A DNA stretch of 64,000 nucleotides from Minisyncoccota bacterium (GTDB taxonomy: Bacteria > Patescibacteriota > Minisyncoccia > Phycocordibacterales > JAQTLZ01): the NCBI GenBank assembly GCA_028714635.1, contig JAQTLZ010000002.1, positions 121,841 through 185,840 on the forward strand, given 5' to 3'. A program made the position numbers and the translations under genes. The notes under the pieces are model-generated. The model saw only the letters and a program-made list of their open reading frames with translations. It made no database searches and was not told the DNA's origin. Within the stretch, counting starts at the first letter, position 1, and each line of letters opens with the position of its first letter. Below, in pieces: positions 33,379-42,580 of this stretch.

Positions 33379-33953
33379 GAAAAATAATTCTCGCATCAGG
33401 TTCTCCGCGCCGGAAAGAAATTTTAGGAAGGCTCGGCATTCCTTTTGAGGTCGTGCAAAGCGATTTCCAGGAGTTTATTGATCCCAAAATATCTCCGGGT
33501 GCGTTAGCAGAAAAGCTCGCGATCGGAAAAGCAAAAGCGGTCGCTTTCAAATACCCCGACGCAATTATTATCGGAGCGGATACTGTCGTAGCGCTTCATG
33601 GCGAAGCGATGGGGAAACCCAAGACGCCAGAGGAGGCTGTGGCTATGCTCACGCGCCTTTCGGGAGAAACCCATTCGGTATTTACAGGCTTTACCATCAT
33701 GAGTACAAAGACAGGGAGATCAATCACTGACGTTTGTGAATCAAAAGTTACTTTCAAACAGCTTGATCCCGCTAGTATTGAAAAATATGTTATAAGCGGA
33801 GAACCATTAGAGATGGCTGGAGGCTACGCGATACAGAGTGGAGCGAAAGATTTCGTGGAAAAATACGAAGGAGATTACAATAACATTGTCGGACTTCCTC
33901 TTACTCTCGTGCGGAACGCTCTCAAGATGTTTGATGTCAGTGTGTCCTCATAA
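33375..33953 (+). CDS. maf: Maf-like nucleoside triphosphate pyrophosphatase
   Basis: 192 aa. ILASGSPRRKEIL, GADTVV and GGYAIQ motifs. Confidence 0.9.
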   Translation: MRKIILASGSPRRKEILGRLGIPFEVVQSDFQEFIDPKISPGALAEKLAIGKAKAVAFKYPDAIIIGADTVVALHGEAMGKPKTPEEAVAMLTRLSGETHSVFTGFTIMSTKTGRSITDVCESKVTFKQLDPASIEKYVISGEPLEMAGGYAIQSGAKDFVEKYEGDYNNIVGLPLTLVRNALKMFDVSVSS

Positions 33954-34000
33954 TATTTTTCTTGTTTGCGCAAGAGGTATAACTTGCTACTATTAATGCT

Positions 34001-34450
34001 ATGGAAGGAGATTACGAAAGAGAAGATGTGGAGAAATCGCTCCAGCCGGAGACGCCTCATTACCCTGCACGACCTCATTACTATGGCGATATTGTAAGGC
34101 AGGCACTTTTTGCTATCGGCATCATTATGATCATCGGCATGCCGATTTTTTCAGACAAAATCAGTTTCAGCGGTTTCTTCATCATTTTGGGAATTCTTGG
34201 CGTAAATCTTTTTGCCGGACTTACCAATCCCAAGCAGGCTGTGAGCATCTGGGGTGATTTCATCATCTCTTTTCTCGGTCTTGTTTTCTTTGAGCTCATC
34301 GCTTTTTTTTACTACGCGGCATATCACAGCGTTCTCGATCTCTATTTCTGGTTTAACCAGGTCATCAGCATTCTTTTCTTCGTTTCTCTATATTTTAGTG
34401 TCAAAACGCTCCGCGGAATGCTCACCGGCTCAATTGAGGAGGATAACTAG
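34001..34450 (+). CDS. small polytopic membrane protein, hypothetical
   Basis: 149 aa with four hydrophobic helices. Confidence 0.6.
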   Translation: MEGDYEREDVEKSLQPETPHYPARPHYYGDIVRQALFAIGIIMIIGMPIFSDKISFSGFFIILGILGVNLFAGLTNPKQAVSIWGDFIISFLGLVFFELIAFFYYAAYHSVLDLYFWFNQVISILFFVSLYFSVKTLRGMLTGSIEEDN

Positions 34451-34513
34451 TTTTACCTCGTAGAGAGGCTGTTCTTGTGCTAAAATTGCCTAATTGCAGG
34501 CGATTTTTCATCT

Positions 34514-37500
34514 ATGTCCGAGAAAGAAACAGACAAAAAAGTGAAAAGCCCTTTAGCTCTCCGTGAAGAGGAGATTCTTCGATTTTGGCAGGAAAAGAAA
34601 ATTTTTGAGAAGACAGAAGAGGCAGGCAGAGGGCAGAAGGAATTTGTTTTCTATGAGGGACCGCCGACCGCGAATGGTCGGCCGGGAATCCATCATCTCG
34701 AAGCTCGGGCATTTAAAGACATCATTCCTCGCTATAAAACGATGCGAGGATATCACGTGCGCAGAAAAGGCGGCTGGGATACGCATGGGCTTCCGGTTGA
34801 GCTTGAAGTTGAGAAAAAACTCGGTCTCAAATCAAAAAAAGAGATCGAACAGTACGGCATCGCTAGATTTAACGCGGAGTGCAAAGAAAGTGTTTGGAAA
34901 TACGTGGACGAATGGAAACAATTTACCGAGCGAATGGGGTATTGGATCGATCTGAAAAATCCCTACATCACTTACGAGCCTTCGTATATGGAATCGCTTT
35001 GGAATGTGATGAAGACGGTGGATGAGAAAAAACTTCTCTACAAAGATTATCGAATTGTACCGTGGTGTCCGCGTTGTGGAACTGCGCTGTCGAGTCATGA
35101 ACTTGCCCAAGGCTATGCAGAAGTAAAAGATATTTCGGTTTACGCGAAATTTGAGCTCGTCGATGAGCCGGGTACATTTGTGTTGGCGTGGACGACGACA
35201 CCTTGGACATTGCCGGGGAATGTTGCTCTCGCAGTTGGGCCGAAAATCAAATATGTGAAAGTAAAGATTGGGAATGAGTTCTTTATTTTGGCGAAAGAGA
35301 GGCTTTCAATTCTGAAAGACAAAGCGCACGAAATGGTGGAGGAGTTTGATGCCGGAAAGATTATCGGGAAATCCTACAAACCGCTTTTCAATGCTTTTTC
35401 TGACCCAAAAATCCTAAACAAAGAAAATGCGTGGAAAATTTATGGAGCGGATTTTGTCACAACAACTGACGGAACCGGAGTGGTGCATATCGCGCCCATG
35501 TATGGAGCAGACGATTTCGCACTTGCGACGAAAGTAAATTTGCCGAAATATCATACGGTTACTCCAGCAGGCGCTTTTAATGCAGATAAAAATCTTCCGG
35601 GAAACATTTCAGGCATTTCTATTTCTTCCGAAGAGGATCGTAAAAAAGGGAACATTGAGATCCTTAAATATCTTCAGGAAAAAAATCTCTATTTCGATAA
35701 AGAATCTCATGCGCATGAATATCCTTTTTGTTGGCGCTGTAAAACCCCGCTTATCTATTACGCCCGCGATTCCTGGTATATCAAAATGTCTTCTCTTCGC
35801 GACAAATTGGTAAAAGAAAATGAAAAGATAAATTGGGAGCCAGACTATATCAAAGAGGGACGTTTCGGAGAATGGCTTCGCGAAGTGAAAGATTGGGCGA
35901 TCTCCCGCGAGCGCTATTGGGGCACACCTTTGCCTGTGTGGGAGTGCCAAAAATGCAAAAAACGCGAAGTGATCGGCTCAATCGAGGCTCTCAAAGAAAA
36001 AACATCTCGAAAAAATAAATACTTTCTTGTCCGTCATGGGGAAGCGGAATCGAATTTGACTGGGAAGGTAAGCTGTCGGCCAGATGATCCTTACAAGCTT
36101 ACTGACAAGGGAAGGGAACAAGTCGAGACCACAGCTAAGGCCCTTAAAAAGAAAAAAATCGATGTCATTTTTGTTTCTGATTACATTCGGACAAAAGAGA
36201 CAGCAGAAATTATCCGAGAAGCTTTGAATATTTCTCCTGACAAAGTCATCATCGATGCCCGGCTTCGCGAAGATAATATCGGAGTGTACCAAGGCAAGAC
36301 CTGGAAAGAATATCAGGATGAATATCCGTATCTCGAGCGATTCGTAAAAACTCCAGAAGGCGGAGAGACGCTTGCGGAAGTAAGAAAAAGATCTGGAGAT
36401 TTTCTGTTTGATATTGATTCTCGCTTTGCCGGAAAAAATATTCTGATTGTAAGCCATGATACCCCGATGACTCTGATTCTGGCAGTGGCGCAAGGCTGGA
36501 CGAAGGAAAGAATTCTGCTCGGTCACGAGAGAAAAACTCCCGAACCTTTCTATTTTCTGCCAGCAGAGCTTCGAGAGATTTCTTTTTCTCCCTATCCTCA
36601 CAATGATGACTATGAACTCGATCTTCACCGCCCGTTTATCGATGAAATAAAATTTCCTTGCGACTGTGGCCTGCCCCCTGGCCGGGCAGGCGGCCAGGGC
36701 GGAGAGATGAAACGAGTGAATGAAGTAATGGATGTCTGGTTTGATTCAGGCGCAATGCCGTTCGCCGAGGACCACTATCCATTCGAGAATAAAAAGTGGG
36801 TGGAGAAAGAAGGATTTCCGGCAGACTATATTTCTGAAGCGATTGATCAGACTCGCGGATGGTTTTATACGCTTCATGCTGTGGGAGTGCTTATGGGTTT
36901 CGGCAAGGCGTATAAAAATGTTATTTGTCTCGGGCATATTTTGGATAAGGACGGACAAAAAATGTCCAAATCAAAAGGTAACACGGTAAATCCGTGGGAG
37001 ATGATGGACAAGTATGGCGCTGATCCCCTTCGCTTTTGGATGTATGGCGTCAATCAGCCGGGCGAATCAAAAAACTTCGACGAGAAAACAGTTGATGAGG
37101 GAGTGAAAAAAGTATTCAATTTGCTTTTGAACGTTCTTTCTTTTTACGAGATGAATTCTCCCCAAGAGTTCGAAGTAAGCAAGCCGGGCGCAAGCGAGAA
37201 TGTCTTGGATAGATGGATCGAAGCGAAATTTGCCGAGCTCCTCGCTACAGTAGAAACCGGACTCGATGCGTATCGAGTATTTGAGCCTGCCCGCGCAATT
37301 CGCGATTTTATGGCTGACCTTTCGCAGTGGTATTTGAGGCGTTCTCGTGATCGATTTAAAAGTGATGACGTCTTAGATAGGACGAATGCAGTCCAAACAA
37401 CGCGCACGGTCCTTCTTCAATTGGCGAAACTTATGGCTCCGTTCACTCCGTTTGTTGCGGAAGATGTCTATCGAAGACTCAGGGGCGAGAAGGAGAGTGT

Positions 37501-37984
37501 GCATATGGAAAGCTGGCCAAAGAGAGAAAAAATAGATTCCAAACTTCTGAAAGAAATGGAAGCGGTGAGAAATCTTGTGTCACTCGGGCTCGAAGCTCGC
37601 TCGAAAGCGCTTATCAAGGTCCGCCAGCCGCTCGCGAAGATAACAGTGAAGGCCGAGAAAATGTCTCCAGAACTCGTCGGACTTATGAAAGATGAATTGA
37701 ATGTGAAGGAAGTGATGTTTGATGCGAAACTTTCTTCGAATGTTCTTCTCGATATTGTCATAACTCCTGCGTTAAAAGAAGAAGGAGAATATCGAGAACT
37801 TCTGCGAGTTATCCAAGATTTTAGAAAAGAAAAGAAGCTTCAAGCGAGCGACAAAATTTCGCTTTTTCTGACTGCACCGAAAGAGATCCTGGCAATTGTA
37901 AAAAAATTTGAAACTGAAATAAAAAAGGTTTGCAATGTTACCGGCTTTGAAACGAGGGAAGGCGAGTTTGAGCTTAAGCTGTAA
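34514..37984 (+). CDS. ileS: isoleucine--tRNA ligase with an inserted histidine-phosphatase (PGAM-type) domain
   Basis: 1156 aa. PPTANGRPGIHH (HIGH), KMSKSKGN, and WCPRCGT / CWRCKT zinc knuckles. Insert LVRHGEAESN...LIVSHDTPM at about 36017-36616. A 10-aa GC-rich insert lies at 36671-36700. Confidence 0.9.
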   Translation: MSEKETDKKVKSPLALREEEILRFWQEKKIFEKTEEAGRGQKEFVFYEGPPTANGRPGIHHLEARAFKDIIPRYKTMRGYHVRRKGGWDTHGLPVELEVEKKLGLKSKKEIEQYGIARFNAECKESVWKYVDEWKQFTERMGYWIDLKNPYITYEPSYMESLWNVMKTVDEKKLLYKDYRIVPWCPRCGTALSSHELAQGYAEVKDISVYAKFELVDEPGTFVLAWTTTPWTLPGNVALAVGPKIKYVKVKIGNEFFILAKERLSILKDKAHEMVEEFDAGKIIGKSYKPLFNAFSDPKILNKENAWKIYGADFVTTTDGTGVVHIAPMYGADDFALATKVNLPKYHTVTPAGAFNADKNLPGNISGISISSEEDRKKGNIEILKYLQEKNLYFDKESHAHEYPFCWRCKTPLIYYARDSWYIKMSSLRDKLVKENEKINWEPDYIKEGRFGEWLREVKDWAISRERYWGTPLPVWECQKCKKREVIGSIEALKEKTSRKNKYFLVRHGEAESNLTGKVSCRPDDPYKLTDKGREQVETTAKALKKKKIDVIFVSDYIRTKETAEIIREALNISPDKVIIDARLREDNIGVYQGKTWKEYQDEYPYLERFVKTPEGGETLAEVRKRSGDFLFDIDSRFAGKNILIVSHDTPMTLILAVAQGWTKERILLGHERKTPEPFYFLPAELREISFSPYPHNDDYELDLHRPFIDEIKFPCDCGLPPGRAGGQGGEMKRVNEVMDVWFDSGAMPFAEDHYPFENKKWVEKEGFPADYISEAIDQTRGWFYTLHAVGVLMGFGKAYKNVICLGHILDKDGQKMSKSKGNTVNPWEMMDKYGADPLRFWMYGVNQPGESKNFDEKTVDEGVKKVFNLLLNVLSFYEMNSPQEFEVSKPGASENVLDRWIEAKFAELLATVETGLDAYRVFEPARAIRDFMADLSQWYLRRSRDRFKSDDVLDRTNAVQTTRTVLLQLAKLMAPFTPFVAEDVYRRLRGEKESVHMESWPKREKIDSKLLKEMEAVRNLVSLGLEARSKALIKVRQPLAKITVKAEKMSPELVGLMKDELNVKEVMFDAKLSSNVLLDIVITPALKEEGEYRELLRVIQDFRKEKKLQASDKISLFLTAPKEILAIVKKFETEIKKVCNVTGFETREGEFELKL

Positions 37985-37991
37985 GTCTCTC

Positions 37992-38585
37992 ATGCATCAT
38001 ATCTACCAAACAGAAGGGTTTGTTATCGGCGGGACGAATGCCGGCGAGGCAAATCGATATCTCAAAATTTTCACACTTGATTTCGGCATGATCTCTGGTT
38101 CTGCTCAAGGAATCAGACATTTAAAATCAAAACTTCGCTACAGCCTCCAGGATTTTTCCTACAGTTCAGTTTCTTTGGTGAAAGGGAAAGATGTTTGGAG
38201 AGTGGTGAACGCAGAAAAAAAGGAAAATCTCTGGGAACTTTTTCGCAAAGAAAAAAGGAAACTTGAAATTTTCGCCCGCTCTCTTTCGCTTCTCAAAAGA
38301 TTTTTACACGGAGAAGAGAAAAATGAGGCATTGTTTCGTCTTTTTTCTTCCAGCTGTTTCTACCTTGCGAAATCAGAGACTCTTTCTCCAGAGGACCTGC
38401 GTAATTTCGAGTATGTTTTAGTGCTTCGAATTTTGCATAATCTCGGCTATCTCAAAAAACTTCCCATACTTTCGCCTTTTTCGGAGACGGACGCGTGGAA
38501 TCAAGACATTCTTCGAGAAATGGAAGGACACAAAGCGCTTGCACTCGCCGAGATAAATCGCTCATTTACAGAAAGTCACCTCTAG
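37992..38585 (+). CDS. recO: DNA repair protein RecO
   Basis: ATG at 37992 (MHHIYQTEGFVIG...). OB-fold N-terminus typical of RecO. Confidence 0.75.
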   Translation: MHHIYQTEGFVIGGTNAGEANRYLKIFTLDFGMISGSAQGIRHLKSKLRYSLQDFSYSSVSLVKGKDVWRVVNAEKKENLWELFRKEKRKLEIFARSLSLLKRFLHGEEKNEALFRLFSSSCFYLAKSETLSPEDLRNFEYVLVLRILHNLGYLKKLPILSPFSETDAWNQDILREMEGHKALALAEINRSFTESHL

Positions 38586-38624
38586 ATTTGTGGTATAATC
38601 CACTACAATCGTTTCTTATTCCCC

Positions 38625-40565
38625 ATGAACCAAGAAAAAGAAGAGAAAAGCAAAATAGATCTGCTTGAGAAAAAGCTCTACAATCGCGATGCGAAACCAT
38701 GGGTTCCGCGCCGAAGAGTTTTACCGCACGAATCTTCAGAAACTCCGAAGGAATGGGATGATTCAAAAGACATAGAGCCGGAGCTCGATTCTCGTGAAGA
38801 TACGCCTGATATGACGCACCGAATTCCAATCTTCCAGAAGATATTCATCGCTTCCGTTCTTTTTTTTATTGTTGCCTCCGCTTTTGGATTTTATATGTAT
38901 TTTCTTGGAGGAAATACTGTTTCTGCGGATAATATTTCCATTTCGGTACTCGGCCCCGTATCAGTCGGAGGGGGAGAGCCGCTTCCGCTCGATGTTACAA
39001 TACAAAACAGGAATAAATCGCCCCTGGAAGCTACAAGTTTGGTCATCACCTATCCTGACGGAACAAAATATGCCAAAGATCTCAGCATCGATTTGCCTCG
39101 GGAGCGCGATGATATCGGTGACCTGGCATCGGGAGACATCTCACATTTTAGAATAAATCCGGTTCTTTTCGGCGAAGAGGGCTCAACGAAAGCGATAAAA
39201 TTCAGTCTCGAGTATCGCATCCGGGATTCGAACGGAATTTTCAACAAGGATTTTACGTATAATGTTGGAATCACTTCGACTCCGATCACCCTTACCATCG
39301 ATTCTTTGAAAGAAATAAATTCCGGCCAGAGCGTGGAAATTACCGCAACTTTGGTTTCAAACTCGCCAGGAGTCATTAATCATTTGCTTTTGAGCGCGAG
39401 CTACCCATTCGGTTTCAGTTTCCAAAGCGCAAATCCAAAGCCGGTGTATCAGAATGCTCTGTGGGATTTGGGTGATGTTGAAACTGGCGGGAAGAGAACA
39501 ATAAAGATACGAGGACAATTGGACGGCCAAGATGGCGAAGAAAGGATTTTTAAGTTCAGTGCCGGACTTCCAAGCGGAAAAAATAATAAATCGATTGGAG
39601 TCGCTTTTCTTTCGGCGTCCGATTCGATAACTATCCAGAAGCCGTTCATCGGTCTTAGCTTAGCTCTCGATGGAAACACATCCAAAGACGCGGTTGTGAA
39701 AAGCGGGCAAACAGTCCGGGCGAAAATAAGTTGGTCAAATAATCTCGCTTCTCAAGTGTTGAGCGGTGCGGTGATAGTGAAATTCAGCGGGAATCTTTTG
39801 AACAAGTCTTCCGTGATTCCGGAACAGGGTTTTTATCGCTCGAGCGATAATACGATTACTTGGGATAAAACAACGAACAACGAACTCCTTGCTCTGGATC
39901 CCGGCGCAGAAGGAAGTCTCGCCTTTCAATTTTCAACATTGCCCCTTGTGCAGGGCGGCGTCTCGATAAGAAACCCTGAGCTTCGCATTGAGGTGAGTGC
40001 GAAGGGGAGCCGCGTTTCCGACAGGGATGTTCCGGAAGAAGTTGATGCGCTCGTTACTCGCAATATAAAAATTTCTACTGATTTGAATCTTTCTTCCCGT
40101 CTCGTGTATTCAATCGGTCCGTTTGAAAATTCCGGACCTCTTCCTCCTCGGGCTGATCAGAAGACCACCTATACCGTGCTTTGGGGCGTGACCAATTCTT
40201 CCAACTCGGTATCTGGAGCGAAAGTTTCTGCTGTTCTGCCTTCGTATGTGGATTGGAAAAATTTGGTAAATCCTTCTTCTGAACAGGTCTCTTTCAATCC
40301 CGTGAGCCGTGAGGTAGTATGGAACCTCGGGAATGTGAAAGAAAATACCGGCGTAACCGCTTCGCCTCGTTCTGTCGCTTTCCAAGTTTTTTTCCTTCCA
40401 AGTGTGAGCCAGATCGGTGCAAGCCCCGTCATGATAGGGGACGCGACTCTTTCTGGAGTTGATGACTGGAATGGAGATGATGTTGGTTCAAGAAACAGAG
40501 CGTTGACCACCGAAATCGTAAGCGATCCAAATTATTCCGAGGGACAGCAGAAAGTGGAGCAATAA
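38625..40565 (+). CDS. large membrane-anchored extracellular protein, hypothetical (beta-rich)
   Basis: 646 aa. Charged N-terminus, one TM helix, then a long Ser/Thr/Val/Asn-rich region suggestive of tandem beta-sandwich domains. Confidence 0.65.
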   Translation: MNQEKEEKSKIDLLEKKLYNRDAKPWVPRRRVLPHESSETPKEWDDSKDIEPELDSREDTPDMTHRIPIFQKIFIASVLFFIVASAFGFYMYFLGGNTVSADNISISVLGPVSVGGGEPLPLDVTIQNRNKSPLEATSLVITYPDGTKYAKDLSIDLPRERDDIGDLASGDISHFRINPVLFGEEGSTKAIKFSLEYRIRDSNGIFNKDFTYNVGITSTPITLTIDSLKEINSGQSVEITATLVSNSPGVINHLLLSASYPFGFSFQSANPKPVYQNALWDLGDVETGGKRTIKIRGQLDGQDGEERIFKFSAGLPSGKNNKSIGVAFLSASDSITIQKPFIGLSLALDGNTSKDAVVKSGQTVRAKISWSNNLASQVLSGAVIVKFSGNLLNKSSVIPEQGFYRSSDNTITWDKTTNNELLALDPGAEGSLAFQFSTLPLVQGGVSIRNPELRIEVSAKGSRVSDRDVPEEVDALVTRNIKISTDLNLSSRLVYSIGPFENSGPLPPRADQKTTYTVLWGVTNSSNSVSGAKVSAVLPSYVDWKNLVNPSSEQVSFNPVSREVVWNLGNVKENTGVTASPRSVAFQVFFLPSVSQIGASPVMIGDATLSGVDDWNGDDVGSRNRALTTEIVSDPNYSEGQQKVEQ

Positions 40566-40571
40566 AAAGAA

Positions 40572-41876
40572 ATGGCTGATTCAAAAAAAGAGAATAATAA
40601 AATGGAAAATATTATCGCGCTTTGCAAGCGGCGTGGTTTTGTCTATCAGAGTTCAGAGATTTACGGTGGACTTGCTGGGATGTGGGATTATGGACCCTAT
40701 GGAGTGGCACTTCGAAATAATATAAAAAAGCTCTGGTGGAAGAGGTTCGTGGACGATAGAGAGGATATGTATGGAGTCGATGCTTCTATTTTAATGCGAC
40801 AAGAAGTCTGGCAAGCATCTGGGCATGCCCGTGGATTCGCGGATATGCTTGTTGATTGCACGAAATGCAAGCGCCGTTTCCGTGTTGATCATCTCGAAAA
40901 CAAAGAAGTGTGCCCTGAATGTGGAGGGAAGCTCGGTGAAGCGCGCCAATTCTATATGATGCTCGAAACTCATCTTGGGGCAGTGCAGGACGAATCTTCG
41001 CTGTCGTATCTTCGTCCAGAAACTGCCCAGGGGATGTTTGTGAATTTCAAAAACATTGTTGATTCATTTCATCCAAAACTTCCTTTTGGAATGGCACAAA
41101 TTGGAAAAGCTTTCAGGAATGAAATTGCCCCAAGGGACTTCATTTTCCGTCTTCGCGAACTTGAACAAATGGAAATCGAATATTTTGTCAGGCCTACTGA
41201 TTGGGAAAAATATTTCGAAGAATTCCGCCTACAAATGCACGAGTGGGTAAAAGATATCGGTTTGCAAAAACCTCACGTCCATGAGATTGAGATTAACGCA
41301 GAAGATCGAGCCCACTATTCAAAACGCACGATTGATTTTGAGTTCGATTTTCCTTTTGGCCAGAAAGAACTCTATGGCCTCGCATATCGAACGGATTATG
41401 ATCTTACTGCTCATAAGCTGGATTATTTAGATGAAGAGACAAAAACACGCATTATTCCTCATGTAATTGAACCATCTTTTGGACTTGATCGCACGATGCT
41501 TGCCATTCTTTCTGATGCCTATACTGAAGATGAACTTGGCGGGGAAGTGCGAACGTATTTGAAACTTTCGCCAAAAATCGCACCGGTCAAAGTGGCCGTC
41601 TTTCCGCTTCTCAAAAATAAGCCGGAATTGGTGGCGAAAGCACGAGAAGTATTTGCGATGCTTAAAAAAGAAATCGGCGCAGTTGAATTTGACGACAACG
41701 GCAATATCGGCAAGCGCTACCGCAGGCAAGATGAGATCGGCACTCCGTACTGTATCACGATCGATTTTGATACTATTGAAAAAGATGCTGGCGTAACAGT
41801 TCGCGATCGCGATACTGGAAAGCAAGAAAGAGTCGCACTCGAAGAAATTAGCAAAAAATTACAAGGTATTGTATAA
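40572..41876 (+). CDS. glyQS: glycine--tRNA ligase (homodimeric class II type)
   Basis: 434 aa. RRGFVYQSSEIYGG, RPETAQG and FRNEIAPR motifs. Confidence 0.95.
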   Translation: MADSKKENNKMENIIALCKRRGFVYQSSEIYGGLAGMWDYGPYGVALRNNIKKLWWKRFVDDREDMYGVDASILMRQEVWQASGHARGFADMLVDCTKCKRRFRVDHLENKEVCPECGGKLGEARQFYMMLETHLGAVQDESSLSYLRPETAQGMFVNFKNIVDSFHPKLPFGMAQIGKAFRNEIAPRDFIFRLRELEQMEIEYFVRPTDWEKYFEEFRLQMHEWVKDIGLQKPHVHEIEINAEDRAHYSKRTIDFEFDFPFGQKELYGLAYRTDYDLTAHKLDYLDEETKTRIIPHVIEPSFGLDRTMLAILSDAYTEDELGGEVRTYLKLSPKIAPVKVAVFPLLKNKPELVAKAREVFAMLKKEIGAVEFDDNGNIGKRYRRQDEIGTPYCITIDFDTIEKDAGVTVRDRDTGKQERVALEEISKKLQGIV

Positions 41877-41941
41877 CTACTCTAGTTAGTCGTTCCTGTG
41901 ATTTTCCTTCCGTTTACCCGTCTTCTTAAGGAGATTCAAGC

Positions 41942-42484
41942 ATGCCTGCCGCATTTTCCGCTCCAGTAAAGTTTGATCAAAAGCTTTGGTTATACCGCCT
42001 AACCGAATGTGTTCTCGGGGAGATTGGGGCTAACGAAGGCGGAGTAGATACCATAATGGATCAGCAGCTAGCGTTTGTGGCGGCCTTAAAAGAGGTCTGT
42101 CTCACGCACTCTGTGAAGTTTGCTCCCGAACTTAATCTTGTTCGGTCGTTTGAAGTCCTCATATCTGGGCGCTTCTACATTTGTGAAATATTTCGGCTCC
42201 TCTCTAATATCGGAACCGAAGGATTGCTCGAAATCGCCCGGGAATACGAGCGCATCCCCACCGGAATGTTGGGTGCCGGGCTTGTAGCGTTGAAACACGC
42301 TCCACAAGTGCCCACCGACAATTGGGTTGTGTGTCCGGGAGAAAGGGAGTCAGCGCCCGAAGAGGGTGGTCATCTTATGACTTATGTGATTCACCGTGAT
42401 GGTGATGGCGCAGAAGTCTACTTGAACTCTCTTGGTAACGGTTGTACCAGAGGCGCTTACGCGATGTTTCTGCGTGAAAAATAA
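41942..42484 (+). CDS. hypothetical protein (orphan, high-GC cassette)
   Basis: 180 aa. AAGGAG (41928-41933) lies 8 nt before the ATG. No motif recognised. Confidence 0.6.
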   Translation: MPAAFSAPVKFDQKLWLYRLTECVLGEIGANEGGVDTIMDQQLAFVAALKEVCLTHSVKFAPELNLVRSFEVLISGRFYICEIFRLLSNIGTEGLLEIAREYERIPTGMLGAGLVALKHAPQVPTDNWVVCPGERESAPEEGGHLMTYVIHRDGDGAEVYLNSLGNGCTRGAYAMFLREK

Positions 42485-42580
42485 CGTGCTTGACTGTTAC
42501 ATGGCTCTCCCATTCCCGGCAAAAGGATTGAGAGAGTTTTTTTCTTGTCTCTTTCTCTATTTTTCTGTAAGCTGAACACT

